Below, piece by piece: positions 18,829-30,636 of a DNA stretch of 64,000 nt (positions are counted from its first letter, which is position 1; every line of letters begins with the position of its first letter). A model generated the notes under the pieces. The model saw nothing but the letters and a program-made list of their open reading frames with translations, had not been told where the DNA came from and ran no database searches. Position numbers and translations under genes: made by a program. This stretch comes from Bradymonadia bacterium (GTDB taxonomy: Bacteria > Myxococcota_A > Bradymonadia > UBA7976 > UBA1532), in contig JBKAGE010000071.1 of NCBI GenBank assembly GCA_046290225.1, forward strand, positions 64,001 to 128,000, read 5' to 3'.

Positions 18829-19236
18829 ATGATCACCGCCATCCGTCCTTACATCAACTGTCGTGGCAACGCCGCCGAGGCCATCACCCTCTACGAGAAG
18901 GTGCTCGGAGCCGAGACCCAGAGCGTGATGCACTGGCGAGACATGCCCGGAGACGTGCCTGCTGGGCAGGCGCACCTCGTCATGCACGCCGAGCTGAAGG
19001 TGGGCGACACCGTGATCATGCTCAGCGACGCCCCCCACACACAGATCCCCGAGCCTCAAAGCCTAGTGCACATCAGCTTGCAGCTCAGCAAGCCTGAGAT
19101 GGTGGACGAGATCTACGCCGCCTTCGCTGACGGGGGCGAGAGTCGGGTGAAGCCCGACAACACGTTCTGGAACGCTCGCTTCGCCATGGTGATCGATCGG
19201 TTCGGCATCGGCTGGATGCTCAACTGCGATCTGTGA
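18829..19236 (+). CDS. VOC family protein (PhnB/YjdN-like)
   Basis: PYINCRGNAAEAITLYEKVLG, VMHAEL, IMLSD, TFWNARFAMVIDRFGIGWMLN. Confidence 0.9.
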   Translation: MITAIRPYINCRGNAAEAITLYEKVLGAETQSVMHWRDMPGDVPAGQAHLVMHAELKVGDTVIMLSDAPHTQIPEPQSLVHISLQLSKPEMVDEIYAAFADGGESRVKPDNTFWNARFAMVIDRFGIGWMLNCDL

Positions 19237-19366
19237 GAGAGGCTGAGAAAACTTTACGAAAGCCTCTGAATATCACGAGGTGCACCAACGTCGGCGGGCG
19301 CAGGCGTGCCCGAGCCGCCGTGCTCTACGCGCCTGAGCGAAGACGAGAAACACACCTGGAGAGAGA

Positions 19367-19906
19367 ATGAAGACCATCCTCATGGCCCTGGCGCTGTCTT
19401 GCTGCGCCACCGTCGCCCACGCCAAGATCAAGGGCAAGATCCTCAACTGCAGTGGCGAGAAGATCCGTATCAAAGTCTACGATGCCAAGGATGGTGTACG
19501 ATCTGTCACATCTTCGGCCACCTCGCTCAAAGATGGCGAGTCGTGGAACTTCAAATGCAAGGGTCAGGGCAAGGGTTTTTGCCAGGTACAGGTTTGGGAG
19601 CCCGGCTGCGGCAGTGACAGTTTGGGCTACTTGCATAGGCTCAAGAGCAACGACACGCACGTGCTCGAAGCCACAGGTGAATGGCGCAAGAGCAGCAAGG
19701 AGTCGTCGGTGGGTGGCGACTACAAGTACCGTGGTCCCAAGATCAAGGTGAATAAAAACGAGGGTGACGATGCTGTCTGTGCAGGTCGCAAGATGATCTC
19801 GTGTGACAGCCCTGGAACATCTGCTCTACGCCCCACACCCAAGGCGGCTGGGGGGAACGCCAAGCCCAAGGCAACCAAACGCGCCAAGAAGAAAAAGAAG
19901 AAGTAG
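19367..19906 (+). CDS. Secreted hypothetical protein, Cys-containing, with Lys-rich tail
   Basis: Signal peptide MKTILMALALSCCATVAHA; GGAGAG RBS; ends KRAKKKKKK. Confidence 0.75.
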   Translation: MKTILMALALSCCATVAHAKIKGKILNCSGEKIRIKVYDAKDGVRSVTSSATSLKDGESWNFKCKGQGKGFCQVQVWEPGCGSDSLGYLHRLKSNDTHVLEATGEWRKSSKESSVGGDYKYRGPKIKVNKNEGDDAVCAGRKMISCDSPGTSALRPTPKAAGGNAKPKATKRAKKKKKK

Positions 19907-20046
19907 CCAACAAGCTCAACCCCACCTGAGCGCATACTGTGATGAGGTGGGTAGAAATTCGACAATGTGGTGCGATCACCACAGCTGGTCTGGACCGCCG
20001 CGAGCAGATGAGGTAAACGCCCCCATCTTCGACCCGCGGAGCGATC

Positions 20047-21876
20047 ATGAATCAGCACAACCCTGCCTCTGCCCCCCTCGGCCCCAATCAGATCAAGCCC
20101 GTCGATGTGGTGCAGATCGATCCGCCGCCCGCTGATCAGCGTTTCTGCCGTGAGGCGCGCTTTGCTGCTTCTGGAGAGCGCAAGACCCGGTACAGCCTGC
20201 CCACGGGGCTCAAGTCGCCTTCACCGGTGGGCTACCGTCATCGCGTGTCGTTCAGCGCTGAGCAGGCTCGGGAGATCATGCCGCTGCTGTCCATGACCCG
20301 CCCCACGGGTTTTGGGCCGGTGAGCACGGTCACCGAGCAGGCCATGTTCGAGGAGTGCAGCCTGGGCATCATGTCGGCGCGGCAGTCCACCAACTACCGC
20401 GGCTTTCGGCAGGTGACCTTCGGCCCTGAGCGCTCCGCCGAGATCGCCGCGCTGCTGCGTCAGCTCGGCCGCCGTGAGGCCGAGGCCCTCGATGGGGCCA
20501 CCCACACCCACCTGGTGCTCGGGCGGCCGTACCGCACCCCCTTCACCATGTTGCTCACCCTCGCCGGTCACAAGGCCTTCACCAGCCCTGTCACCGTGGC
20601 CAAGCGCATCCTCGACAAGAAGTTCCGCTTCGCCGACGACATCCCCACCATCGGCTACCTGCCTCACCTGCACGTGGGCATCCTCGCCGACGCCATGGAG
20701 CGGGCAGCGGTCGTCGCCTCGGTGGGGGAGCGTCGGGCTCAGGGCATGATGGCGCCTTTCTGTGGTGAGGCGGCGAAGGCCAACCGCAAGACCATCCGGG
20801 CCCTGGAGAAGCTGTGTGGCCTCACCGCCAAGGAGCGGGCTTCGGGGTGGCGCATGTGTCTCGCGGTGCAGGTGGGTACCGCCCTGCCCGGGCAGGGGGT
20901 CGAGCTCTCCGAGGAGACCGCCCGTCGCCTCGGGGCCAACCTGCTGGCGTTCCGCAGCGAGCGGATTCAGCCCGGCGTGAACCAGGAAGAGAGCGCCCCG
21001 GCGCCCTACCAGGTGCGTCAGGACATGGACGTCTCCGAAGAGTTCGGCAACATGGTGGGGCGGGCGGCCTACAACGCCTTCGCCCACTGGACCGGCACCG
21101 AGCGTGACTCGGGGAAGTCGATGCTGCTGCTCGATCGCATCGACGTGCTCACCCCCGGCGGTAAGGGCCGGTTGCGGGCGATCCGCGGGGCCAACAACGC
21201 CATCACCGACCGTCTCATCAAAGATATGCCCAAGTGGGCCGATGTGCCTGCGGGCCGTGCTTTCAGCAAGAACGCCGAGCGCGGTCGCAAGGCCTTCGCC
21301 CTCGTAGGGCAGCGCATCTACATCGGCGGCCTCTCCCGGGCAGAGATTCAAGCCTCGGGCCTCGAGTGGATCGCTGCCGTGCGCGCCGTGGGCGCCGCTG
21401 CTGGTCGTTCTGCACTCTACGCTGAGCTCATGGGGGCCACCGAGATCCCCGAGGGCTGCGATCTGCTCGCGGGCATCTGCCTCATGGCGGGCCCGGTGAA
21501 CCAGAACGACATCGGCAAGACCTACTACGGCATGCCCGATCTGCTCGCTGACACTTATGGTGATCGAGATCCCACCTCGCTGCTGGTCTGGACCCTCAAG
21601 GCCAAGACCGTGGCCGATCCCGTGGGCAACGAGGAGCAGCTGCTCAACCCCAAGCGCAAGGGCGCCCTCGTCGATCTACGCCCCGGGCCCCACGAGGTGG
21701 TGGAGATCGAGCAGCGGGGTCACCGCGCCCCCATGCGCAAGTCCGGTGAGTCGGTGAACGAAGAAAGAGCCTTCGCCGACGTCGATAACTTCGTCCGTGA
21801 CGTCGACGGCACCTCCATCGAGGGCAACGCCGGCAGCGCATGGCCCGGATCGAAGACCGTCCTCTGGGGAGGGTGA
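20047..21876 (+). CDS. Hypothetical cytoplasmic protein (609 aa)
   Basis: Long ORF with strong GC3 codon bias and a GGAG RBS. No family recognised with confidence. Confidence 0.8.
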   Translation: MNQHNPASAPLGPNQIKPVDVVQIDPPPADQRFCREARFAASGERKTRYSLPTGLKSPSPVGYRHRVSFSAEQAREIMPLLSMTRPTGFGPVSTVTEQAMFEECSLGIMSARQSTNYRGFRQVTFGPERSAEIAALLRQLGRREAEALDGATHTHLVLGRPYRTPFTMLLTLAGHKAFTSPVTVAKRILDKKFRFADDIPTIGYLPHLHVGILADAMERAAVVASVGERRAQGMMAPFCGEAAKANRKTIRALEKLCGLTAKERASGWRMCLAVQVGTALPGQGVELSEETARRLGANLLAFRSERIQPGVNQEESAPAPYQVRQDMDVSEEFGNMVGRAAYNAFAHWTGTERDSGKSMLLLDRIDVLTPGGKGRLRAIRGANNAITDRLIKDMPKWADVPAGRAFSKNAERGRKAFALVGQRIYIGGLSRAEIQASGLEWIAAVRAVGAAAGRSALYAELMGATEIPEGCDLLAGICLMAGPVNQNDIGKTYYGMPDLLADTYGDRDPTSLLVWTLKAKTVADPVGNEEQLLNPKRKGALVDLRPGPHEVVEIEQRGHRAPMRKSGESVNEERAFADVDNFVRDVDGTSIEGNAGSAWPGSKTVLWGG

Positions 21877-21968
21877 CTACGCTCGGCCTCTCAAAATGAG
21901 GCTCGACGAGAAAAGAAACTTCGGGCAGATGTGCATGACGTCAGCAATGACACGCTCTGGAGGCCCTC

Positions 21969-22742
21969 ATGTTTCGCACTCTTTTGCTCGCCACCCTGCT
22001 CGCACCGCTCACCATCGGCACCGCCCACGCCGGTGATCCATGCCCCATCGACTTCACGTTCTATGATCTCGGCGCCCCCGAGTGGCTCGACCGTGGCGCG
22101 TTGCTCGATGCCCTGACCTCCAAGGACAGCTGGATCGGCATCAGCTTCGGCAACGGAGACGGTGGGGTGAAGATCACCAACGTCTCTAACGGCAGCCCGG
22201 CGCAGAAGTCGGGCCTGAAGATCGGCGACGTCATCACCGAGGCCGGCGGCAAGGCTCAGGCGACTCACCAGGCCTTTGCACAGCAGCTGTCGGCCACCGC
22301 GCCCGGGGCTACGCTGCCCCTGAAGGTGAAGCGCGGTGAAGAGGTCGTCGACGTGCCGCTGACCTTGAGTCGTCAAGATCCGGTCATCGGCGCCCTCATC
22401 GATCACGCTTCGAGGAAAGACTGCGCCAAGGTCCGCCGCGGCGATCTCACCGAGGAGGCCCGCAAACAGGCCCTCGCAGCGGTGTTCGACGGTAAGCGCT
22501 TCCGCTGCAAAGACGCCCACAAGGCCCTGGCGAAGGCCAACATCGGCAACGAGACCTTCGAGGGCGGCGCCATCTTCGTGGTCCGGGGCAGCAAGCGGCT
22601 GTTGCTGGCCAACACCCAGTGGAAGACCACCTGTATTCGGGCGAGCAAGTACGACGGCGACGCGCTCACCGATGAGTCCATTGGCAAGGTGTTCACCCGG
22701 CTCACCAAGGCCTTCGTCGCTGATCGGTTCGCGAACCCCTGA
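21969..22742 (+). CDS. Secreted PDZ-domain protein
   Basis: Signal peptide; WIGISF...GVKITNVSNGSPAQKSGLKIGDVI. Confidence 0.85.
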   Translation: MFRTLLLATLLAPLTIGTAHAGDPCPIDFTFYDLGAPEWLDRGALLDALTSKDSWIGISFGNGDGGVKITNVSNGSPAQKSGLKIGDVITEAGGKAQATHQAFAQQLSATAPGATLPLKVKRGEEVVDVPLTLSRQDPVIGALIDHASRKDCAKVRRGDLTEEARKQALAAVFDGKRFRCKDAHKALAKANIGNETFEGGAIFVVRGSKRLLLANTQWKTTCIRASKYDGDALTDESIGKVFTRLTKAFVADRFANP

Positions 22743-22802
22743 CCCGTCGATCTCGCTGAGCGACTTCGGTAGAGTCCTCCGCCCCGATCTCGAGGAGGAC
22801 CT

Positions 22803-23210
22803 ATGAACGACGCACTGTTTCACGACGCCTTCTTCGACCTCACCCTACCTGCAGAGTTGTTCGACCATCAGGGCCACATCCGGCTGGCCTTCATCGTGTT
22901 GAGCCAGCGACCCTTCGGCGAAGCCCTCACGACATTGAGAGACGGGATACGGGCCTACGCCACCCACCTCGGCGCCCCGGAGAAGTACCACGAGACCATC
23001 ACCGTGGCCTTCGCCAGCCTCGTCAACGCCGCCATGGCCGAGGACGAGGCTCGAGGTCAGGCCTGTACTGATGGCTTGGCCTTCGCCGAGCGACACCCCG
23101 AGCTGCTCGACAGTGAGGTGCTCTATCACCACTACGATCGAGCGACGCTGCACAGCGAGCAGGCCAAGCACGTGTTCCTCTTGCCGCGACGGATGAGCGC
23201 TGCGCCGTGA
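22803..23210 (+). CDS. Conserved hypothetical protein (FDH..H.R / YHETIT motif family)
   Basis: GAGGAGG RBS; FDHQGHIRLAF and KYHETITVAF motifs. Confidence 0.75.
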   Translation: MNDALFHDAFFDLTLPAELFDHQGHIRLAFIVLSQRPFGEALTTLRDGIRAYATHLGAPEKYHETITVAFASLVNAAMAEDEARGQACTDGLAFAERHPELLDSEVLYHHYDRATLHSEQAKHVFLLPRRMSAAP

Positions 23211-23372
23211 CTCTCATCACCCCACCGTACGGTGTGCGTATATGGCGACTGCTAGGCTGCACCCCTTGAGAGGGCCGCTGAGGCGCTCACGTACGCAGTC
23301 GTCATGGCTCAATTCAGGCCAAAGTCATCTCTCGCCGATGTAGTTGAAGATAGTACGGGAGAGAGAAGCAAC

Positions 23373-24569
23373 ATGCGGACTTCATTGATACTGTGGTTGA
23401 GCGCCTGCGTAATGTCCACCGCCTCCGCCGCCCTGGCAGAGACACACCCTGGAGTCACTGAGGACTCAGTTCATTTTGGCCAGACCGCTGCCTTCGAAGG
23501 GCCCGCAGCTGCCCTGGGTCAGGGCATGCGGTTGGGGCTGAAGGCCGCATTCGAAGAGGCCAACCGCGCCGGTGGCGTCAAAGGGCGAACACTCAAGCTC
23601 ACAGATCTCGATGATGGCTACGAGCCCGAGCAGGCGGCGGCGAACACCCGGGCCCTCATCGACGAGCACAAGGTGTTTGCCCTCATCGGCACTGTGGGCA
23701 CGCCCACGGCCAAGGTGATCCAGCCCCTGGCCACCAGCGCTGGCGTGCCTCTGGTAGGGCCCTTCACGGGTGCTGGCTTCCTCAGGGCCAAGGGCGTCTC
23801 CAATGTCATCAACGTACGGGCGAGCTACGGCGCGGAAGCCGACACCTGGATCGAGCACCTGACCCGGACCGGGCACGAGCGCATCGCCATCCTGTTCCAG
23901 GACGATGGCTTTGGTCAGGCCGGGCGCACGGGGGTGCTCGCGGCGATGAAGAAGCGGGGGCTCTCCCTCGTGGCAGAGGGCAAATATCGCCGCAACACCG
24001 TCGCCGTGAAGACCGCGTTGTTGCAGATCCGCCGGGCAAAGCCCGACGCCGTGGTCATGGTGGGTGCCTATCGGCCCTGCGCCGAGTTCATCACTTTGGC
24101 CAGGCAGTTGGGCCTCGACGCCACCTTCATGAACATCTCCTTCGTGGGCAGCGCTGCCCTGGCCAAGCGCCTCGGGGCAGGGGGCTTCGGGGTGATGGTG
24201 AGTCAGGTGGTGCCTTTCCCCAATGACACGTCGCTGTCGCTGGTGAAGCAGTACCATGCGGCGCTCAAGGCTGTGGACGCTCAGGCAGAGCCCGGCTTCG
24301 TCTCCTTGGAAGGCTACATGGTGGGCCGACTGGCCATCATGGCCCTGGAGTCCATCGATGGCCCGGTGACCCGGGCCACCTTCCTCGACGCCATCTACAG
24401 TCGAAAGACCTTCGACCTCGGTGGGGTGACGCTCACCTACAGCCCCGGTGACAATCAGGGCATGGATGCGGTGTACCTCACGCGCATCGGCGCTGGGGGC
24501 CGGTTCGAGGCCGTCACCCAAGGCGGCGAGGGTCAGGGGACTCGGGGCGGCCAGCGGGCAGAGCCATGA
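23373..24569 (+). CDS. Periplasmic substrate-binding protein, LivJ/branched-chain amino acid-binding family
   Basis: Signal peptide; [43 protein letters not shown]. Confidence 0.9.
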   Translation: MRTSLILWLSACVMSTASAALAETHPGVTEDSVHFGQTAAFEGPAAALGQGMRLGLKAAFEEANRAGGVKGRTLKLTDLDDGYEPEQAAANTRALIDEHKVFALIGTVGTPTAKVIQPLATSAGVPLVGPFTGAGFLRAKGVSNVINVRASYGAEADTWIEHLTRTGHERIAILFQDDGFGQAGRTGVLAAMKKRGLSLVAEGKYRRNTVAVKTALLQIRRAKPDAVVMVGAYRPCAEFITLARQLGLDATFMNISFVGSAALAKRLGAGGFGVMVSQVVPFPNDTSLSLVKQYHAALKAVDAQAEPGFVSLEGYMVGRLAIMALESIDGPVTRATFLDAIYSRKTFDLGGVTLTYSPGDNQGMDAVYLTRIGAGGRFEAVTQGGEGQGTRGGQRAEP

Positions 24570-26638
24570 GTCGGCGTAGGTTACGCTCGGTTCAGGGCGT
24601 CTTGTTCACGGCCTTCGGGGCCATCATGGCCATGATGGTGCTCTTCTCCCTGGTGGTGGCCTGGAGCAGTGGGGCCATCGACGACGCCCTCAACGACATC
24701 ACCAGGAAAGCGACGCCACGGATGGCCGTGGCCCAGGAGATCGCCGCTGGGGTCGCAGGAATGAACGCCGTCGCCGGGCGTCTCACCGCGGTCACCACGG
24801 GCGAGGCCCGGGCTGAGGTGCTCGCTGATCTCCAGGGCGATCTCGCCGCGCTGGCGTCCAGCATCGAGACCCTCGACGGTCTCAGCACAGCAGACGCTGT
24901 CCAGATGAAGGATGCCCTTGGCAAGTTCAAGCGGGCCCTCTCTCGCCTCGACGGCTCGGTGGAAGAGCGATTGGTGTTGCAACAGGGCTTCGACGAAGGC
25001 TTCGCCAAGATGACCGCGCTGGAGCCCGTGCTGATGCGACAGCTCGAGGCGCGCATCGACGACAGCTACTTCGACGTGGCCATGGCCATCGAGAAGAGCA
25101 CTGGGCAGACAGTCCAGATCGATGCATTGGACGCACACCGTCAGACCTTGAGCATGAAGATCGACGTGCAGGCCGCCATCAGCGCAGTGCAAGCCGCCGC
25201 CGGCGCGGTGCACTTGGGAGATGTGCTCTCTGCTCGGAATCTGTTTCGTCGATCCGCCAATGGCTTCGGGGCATTGGGCTCAGAGCAGCTCGGTGAGAGC
25301 CTGAAAGCGCTTGGTACACTGGGCCTCGAAGGCGACGACCTCTTCACCCTCAGGTTCCTCGCACTCGCCAGCAAACACAGCGAGGTGGAGGCACTCGCCG
25401 ATGCGCGGAAGGCCTCGGAGGCGCTCACGGCGCAGGCCACTGTGGTCGCTTCTGCGGGCAAGGCCGCCGTGGTCCAGACCAGCGAAGACACACAGTCGGT
25501 GCTCGATCGTACGCAGTGGGCGATCCTGCTCGGCGCCGTCTTTACGGCGCTCATCGCCTTTGGTGTGGTGTTCGGCTATGTGAAACGCCGAGTCACCCGA
25601 CGCCTGAGTCGGCTCAATGACATGATGCTCACCCTCGCCGAAGGGCATCTCAGCTGCGAGCGTCAGGTCTTCGGCGCAGACGAGCTGGGCCAGATGGCCG
25701 ACGCCCTCGAGGTGTTCCGAGACAAACAGCTCGAAGCGCAGCGCGCCGAAGCCAGAGCGCAGGCTGCCCGGGAAGAAGCCGCCCAGCTGCGTCGACAGGA
25801 GCTTAACGCCCTCGCCGACGCCTTTGAGTCCGGTGCTCAGGAGACCGTGAACCACATCGCTGCCGATGTAGAGTCGCTCAGAGCAGCCGTCGAGCAGGTG
25901 AAATCCGTGGCTCAAGCAGGTGCCGAGGCCGGTGAGTTCATGGCGCAAGCGAGCCAGGCCACTGCAGAGGGCGTACAAGGTGCCGCCGGGGCTGCCGAAG
26001 AGATGTCGGTGTCGATCCGACAAATCAGCGAGCGCATGGCCCACGCCGCGGAGCTCACCGAGCACGTGGATGAGAGCGTCCGGGCCGCCGATGCGCAGGT
26101 GTCTACGCTGAGCGATGCTTCGAAACAAATCGGCCATGTCGTCGGCTTGATTCACGAGATCGCCGAGCAGACGAATCTTCTGGCCTTGAACGCCACCATC
26201 GAGGCCGCCCGGGCCGGTGACGCTGGTAAGGGTTTTGCCGTCGTCGCCGACGAGGTGAAGAACCTCGCCACCCAGACCTCCCAGGCCACCGGCGCCATCA
26301 CCGAGCATGTGCAGGCAGTGCAGACCAACAGCGGCGAGACCGCTCAAGGCATCGGCGAGATCGCCAGCAGGGCACAGTCCCTCGCCCAGATGGCCCAGGA
26401 CGTGGCGCAAATCATGGGCCAGCAAATGCAGGTCACTGAGGAGATCGCCCAGAACACCCAAAAGGCTGCAGAGAGCGCCCGCAACGCCTCGGCCCAGGCT
26501 GCGGAGTTTGGCGGGATGGCTGCGAACACGCTTCAGGCCTCGGTGAGCCTCGAGCGCTTGTCCAGGGCCCTCGACGACAAAGCCCAGGCGCTGCAAGGTC
26601 AAGTGGGCAGCTTCATCGAGCAGGTCCGGGCGGGCTGA
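24566..26638 (+). CDS. Methyl-accepting chemotaxis protein
   Basis: Two TM helices, long helical periplasmic domain, HAMP ([13 protein letters not shown]) and signalling hairpin [34 protein letters not shown]. Confidence 0.95.
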   Translation: MSRRRLRSVQGVLFTAFGAIMAMMVLFSLVVAWSSGAIDDALNDITRKATPRMAVAQEIAAGVAGMNAVAGRLTAVTTGEARAEVLADLQGDLAALASSIETLDGLSTADAVQMKDALGKFKRALSRLDGSVEERLVLQQGFDEGFAKMTALEPVLMRQLEARIDDSYFDVAMAIEKSTGQTVQIDALDAHRQTLSMKIDVQAAISAVQAAAGAVHLGDVLSARNLFRRSANGFGALGSEQLGESLKALGTLGLEGDDLFTLRFLALASKHSEVEALADARKASEALTAQATVVASAGKAAVVQTSEDTQSVLDRTQWAILLGAVFTALIAFGVVFGYVKRRVTRRLSRLNDMMLTLAEGHLSCERQVFGADELGQMADALEVFRDKQLEAQRAEARAQAAREEAAQLRRQELNALADAFESGAQETVNHIAADVESLRAAVEQVKSVAQAGAEAGEFMAQASQATAEGVQGAAGAAEEMSVSIRQISERMAHAAELTEHVDESVRAADAQVSTLSDASKQIGHVVGLIHEIAEQTNLLALNATIEAARAGDAGKGFAVVADEVKNLATQTSQATGAITEHVQAVQTNSGETAQGIGEIASRAQSLAQMAQDVAQIMGQQMQVTEEIAQNTQKAAESARNASAQAAEFGGMAANTLQASVSLERLSRALDDKAQALQGQVGSFIEQVRAG

Positions 26639-26848
26639 GCCGAGTCACTCCACTCGAAGCGCGCTGCGGATCATCCTCCCCGGGGGCGACCACACTTGAG
26701 TCCTGCCTGAAGATCCCTTAAAAAGTGTGCGCTTTTTCCGTCGAACAACCGATTTTATGGAAACCCGGTCGGAATAAGAGCATTTAAAGGTGCGGCTCCT
26801 CTCGATGGGTGTCGAAGGCGCACTGCAAGCGCATATCCGAGGTAATCC

Positions 26849-27619
26849 ATGGCCAAAGCTGCCCACCAACTCAAAGTGCTCTCGATCCACCACTACACGG
26901 ATCGGCTGTTCAAGTTCCGCACGACGCGACCCCGGAGCATGCGCTTCGAGTCCGGGCAGTTCATCATGATCGGCCTGGAGACCGAAGACGGGCCCATCAT
27001 GCGGGCCTACTCCATGGCGAGCCCCACCTGGGACGAAGAGCTCGAGTTCTTCTCCATCAAGGTGCCCGACGGGCCCCTCACCAGCCGTCTGCAGAACATC
27101 AAGGTGGGCGACGAGATTTTGATGAGCGCCAAGGCCGTGGGCAGCCTGACCATCCGGTCTCTCAAGCCCGGCAAGCGCTTGTTCATGATCGCCACCGGTA
27201 CGGGGATCGCGCCCTTCGCCAGCATCTGCCGCGACATCGAGACGTACGAGGCCTTCGACGAGGTCTACCTGACCCACACCTGCCGCCAGGTGGACGAGCT
27301 GCAGTACGGGGTGGAGTTCGTCGAGGCGGTCAAAGAAGACCCGCTTTGTGGAGAGTTCGCGTCGAAGCTGGTGCACTACACCAGCACGACCCGGGAGCCT
27401 CACCCGCGCCAGGGCCGCATCACCACGCTGCTCGAGAGCGGCAAGTTCTTTGAGGATCTGGGGATCCCCGAGTTCAACGCTGAGACCGATCGGGTCATGT
27501 TGTGTGGCTCCCTTGAGTTCAACAAGGACATGAAGGCCATCCTCGAAGCCCGAGGCTTCACTGAAGGGGCCCGTCGCCAGCGGGGCGAATACGTCCTGGA
27601 GAAAGCCTTCGTCGGGTGA
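26849..27619 (+). CDS. fpr: Ferredoxin(flavodoxin)-NADP+ reductase
   Basis: FESGQF, RAYSMAS, GPLTSRL, ATGTGIAPF, MLCGS, EKAF. Confidence 0.95.
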   Translation: MAKAAHQLKVLSIHHYTDRLFKFRTTRPRSMRFESGQFIMIGLETEDGPIMRAYSMASPTWDEELEFFSIKVPDGPLTSRLQNIKVGDEILMSAKAVGSLTIRSLKPGKRLFMIATGTGIAPFASICRDIETYEAFDEVYLTHTCRQVDELQYGVEFVEAVKEDPLCGEFASKLVHYTSTTREPHPRQGRITTLLESGKFFEDLGIPEFNAETDRVMLCGSLEFNKDMKAILEARGFTEGARRQRGEYVLEKAFVG

Positions 27620-27648
27620 TGACACGCCTCCACCTGGAGTAGAGCGAC

Positions 27649-30096
27649 ATGACGCCACGCCTCAAAGGCACATCGATGGTCTGGGGCGCTGCGCTGCTCG
27701 CCGCCTCGGCCTGTGACATCCAGCCCGCGCCGCCTCCTGAGCAGAGCGCCCACGCCGAGATCCCTGTGACCGACGCTTCCAGACCCCCTACAGAGCGTGC
27801 TGTGCCTGAAGGGCAGACCCCCGGAGGTACTCACACGGGGCCTCAGCCTGCCGTGCCCGGCGTCGAGCGCCCCGACGGCACCCTCATGGGGCAACTCCGC
27901 CAGGCCCTCGCCGCCAAAGGGGCGAGCTATGTGCCCCGTACCCGCCACAAGCAGGGGGCTAAACCCCGCTTCATCAACCGCTTGATCCTCGAGACCAGCC
28001 CCTACCTGTTGCAGCACGCCCACAACCCGGTGAACTGGTACCCCTGGGGAGACGCGGCCTTCGAGCGGGCCCGGCGAGAGGGCAAGCCGGTTCTGCTCAG
28101 CGTGGGCTACAGCACCTGCCACTGGTGCCACGTCATGGAAGAGGAGTCCTTCGAGGATCTCGAGATCGCCGAGTACATCAACCGCAACTACATCGCCATC
28201 AAGGTGGATCGCGAAGAGCGCCCCGATGTCGATCGGGTCTACATGGACGCGGTGCAGCTGCTCACCGGTCGAGGCGGCTGGCCCATGACGGTGCTGCTCA
28301 CCCCAGAGCGGGCGCCGTTCTTCGGTGGCACCTACTTCCCACCTCGGGCGGGCGTGCGCAATGCCCGAGCGGGGTTCATCGACGTACTCAAACAGCTCAA
28401 GACGCAATACGACGAAGATCCCGAGGCGACGCTGGCCCGGGCGGAAGAAGTGACCCGCCGGATGCAGGCGGCGGCTCGCCCCGGGCGGCCGGGTGATGTA
28501 CCGGGCCCCGAGGCCCTCGGTGGCACCGCACGCTACTTCGCCAAGCGCTTTGATCCCGTCTGGGGCGGCTTCGGCGGCGATCGGAACAAGTTCCCCCGAC
28601 CCGTGTCCCTCGACTTCCTGCTGCGCTACCACCGGCGGACAGGAGACGCTCAGGCTCTCCACATGGTGACGCACACCCTCGAGAAGATGGCCGACGGGGG
28701 CATGTACGATCACCTCGCTGGGGGGTTCCACCGGTACTCCACCGACAAAGAGTGGCTGGTGCCCCACTTCGAGAAGATGCTCTACGACAATGGGCAGCTG
28801 GCGTCGCTGTACTTGCAGGGCTGGCAGCTCACCGGCAACGCCCGCTTTGCCCGGGTGACCACGGAGATCCTCGACTACGTGGCCCGAGAGATGACCGACA
28901 CGGGCGGCGCGTTCTGGTCGGCCACCGACGCCGACAGCCCGGTGCCTGGCCAGCCGGAGCATCGAGAAGAGGGCCTGTTCTTCACCTGGACGCCTGCAGA
29001 GATCGACGCCTTGCTCGGCCCTGAGGAGGCCGCGGCGGTGAAGGCGTATTATGCCGTGAGCGCCGAGGGCAACTTCGAAGGCCGCAGCATCTTGCACACG
29101 CCGAGGCCCAAGGCTCAGGTGGCCGCAGAGCTCAGGATCTCCGTCGCCGAGCTGAACCGGGAGCTCACCCGAGCCCGGCGGATCATGTACACCGCTCGGC
29201 AAAAGCGTCAGCCCCCCCTCACGGATCGCAAGGTCATCGCCGCCTGGAACGGCTTGATGATCTCGGCGTTCGCTCAGGCAGGGCTGGCCCTCGAGCGCAG
29301 AGACTACGTGTTTCAGGCCCAGCGGGCCGCCGACTTCATCCTGAGCCGCATGCTCGACGAGCGCGGGCGGCTGTTACGCACTTTCAACGCCGGTGAGGCA
29401 CGGCACGCCGGGGTGCTCAACGATTACGCCTGCATGGTGCAGGGGCTGCTCGATCTCTTCGAGGCTGGGGGTCGGGTGTCCGATCTCGAGGCCGCGAAGC
29501 GCCTGCAGGGTCAAGTGGACGCTCTGTTCGCTGCCCCCACAGGTGGATACTTCGAGACCGCTCGCGACGCCGAGCGCATGCTCACGCGCCGCAAGCCCGA
29601 CTACGATGGTGCCGAGCCCTCTGGGAACTCGGTGACGGCGATGAACCTGCTGCGCTTCGAGGCCATCACGGGCGAAGGCCGTTATCGCGAGCAGGCTGAG
29701 CGTCTGTTCAAGGCATTTGCCGACACGATCAGCCGCCGGGGGCCCTCAGCGCCGCTGATGACCGCCGCCCTGGAGCGCTACCTCGACACCACGCGAGAGG
29801 TGGTGATCGTGGCCCCTACAGGGGGAGACACGCCGGATCTGCTGCAGCGGGCACTCGGGCGCACGTACCTGCCCAACCGACTTGTGGTGCTCACCACAGA
29901 GGGCGTCGATTTGAAGGGCAAGGCGGCGCAGATCCCATTGCTGAAGGGCAAGGTGGCTCAGAAGGGCCTGGCGACCGCCTATGTCTGCGAGCGCGGTACA
30001 TGTGAGCGGCCTACGGCTGATCCGGCGGTGTTGTCGAAGCAACTCGCCCGGGTGCAACCCCTCGACGCTCAGCTCCCGCCGTTGACGAAGCCCTGA
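27649..30096 (+). CDS. Thioredoxin-domain protein of the YyaL/DUF255 (SPATA20) family with lipoprotein signal
   Basis: [62 protein letters not shown]-terminal lipobox AASAC. Confidence 0.92.
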   Translation: MTPRLKGTSMVWGAALLAASACDIQPAPPPEQSAHAEIPVTDASRPPTERAVPEGQTPGGTHTGPQPAVPGVERPDGTLMGQLRQALAAKGASYVPRTRHKQGAKPRFINRLILETSPYLLQHAHNPVNWYPWGDAAFERARREGKPVLLSVGYSTCHWCHVMEEESFEDLEIAEYINRNYIAIKVDREERPDVDRVYMDAVQLLTGRGGWPMTVLLTPERAPFFGGTYFPPRAGVRNARAGFIDVLKQLKTQYDEDPEATLARAEEVTRRMQAAARPGRPGDVPGPEALGGTARYFAKRFDPVWGGFGGDRNKFPRPVSLDFLLRYHRRTGDAQALHMVTHTLEKMADGGMYDHLAGGFHRYSTDKEWLVPHFEKMLYDNGQLASLYLQGWQLTGNARFARVTTEILDYVAREMTDTGGAFWSATDADSPVPGQPEHREEGLFFTWTPAEIDALLGPEEAAAVKAYYAVSAEGNFEGRSILHTPRPKAQVAAELRISVAELNRELTRARRIMYTARQKRQPPLTDRKVIAAWNGLMISAFAQAGLALERRDYVFQAQRAADFILSRMLDERGRLLRTFNAGEARHAGVLNDYACMVQGLLDLFEAGGRVSDLEAAKRLQGQVDALFAAPTGGYFETARDAERMLTRRKPDYDGAEPSGNSVTAMNLLRFEAITGEGRYREQAERLFKAFADTISRRGPSAPLMTAALERYLDTTREVVIVAPTGGDTPDLLQRALGRTYLPNRLVVLTTEGVDLKGKAAQIPLLKGKVAQKGLATAYVCERGTCERPTADPAVLSKQLARVQPLDAQLPPLTKP

Positions 30097-30599
30097 ACCA
30101 CAGCCCGCTGATGCAGTCCCCGATCGATCTGGGGTCGTAAGCCTTCAAGCGTACGCTGGGCGGCTTCAGGTGTCATGCCCCGCTGTTTGACCAGATGACA
30201 CAAGGCGATGGTGGGCCCTCGCCCCTTGCCGGCGCGGCAATGCACATAAGTGCGCCCGCCGCTCCGGGCGGCTTCGGCGATGAGCTCGAGGGCCTGTTGT
30301 ACCGTCTCCACTGGGGGAGCGCGTCGATCGAGCAAAGGCATGTGATGGGCAGTCATCCCCTGCGCTGAGATGGCCTCTGTGTGGGGCGGCAGCTCTTCGC
30401 ACAGGTTGATGATGGTGGTGATACCGAGGGTCTTCAGCGCAGGGAGATCGACGTCTCGAGGGTAGGCGCCGACGATGAGCGCTTCATCGACGGCATCCCA
30501 GCGCCGCCAGTGCCCGAGGGCGTAGCGGGTGGCGTTGTAGAGCGCCCCTGGGGTCATGGTGAGGCGGGTGACGAGTCGATTCAGGAAGGATCCGGCCAT
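30069..30599 (-). CDS. Dual-specificity protein phosphatase (PTPMT1-like)
   Basis: Catalytic loop [11 protein letters not shown] (HCX5R). Confidence 0.88.
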   Translation of the reverse strand: MAGSFLNRLVTRLTMTPGALYNATRYALGHWRRWDAVDEALIVGAYPRDVDLPALKTLGITTIINLCEELPPHTEAISAQGMTAHHMPLLDRRAPPVETVQQALELIAEAARSGGRTYVHCRAGKGRGPTIALCHLVKQRGMTPEAAQRTLEGLRPQIDRGLHQRAVVQGFVNGGS

Positions 30600-30636
30600 G
30601 GCCGGAGATGGTGGCGAGGGGGCGAGCCGGCGTCAA

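Noticed and set aside
26758..26787. Possible Rrf2/IscR-type site upstream of fpr (aaacccggtcggaataagagcattt)
   Set aside because: Only a loose resemblance and weak dyad symmetry; cannot be supported without comparative data.
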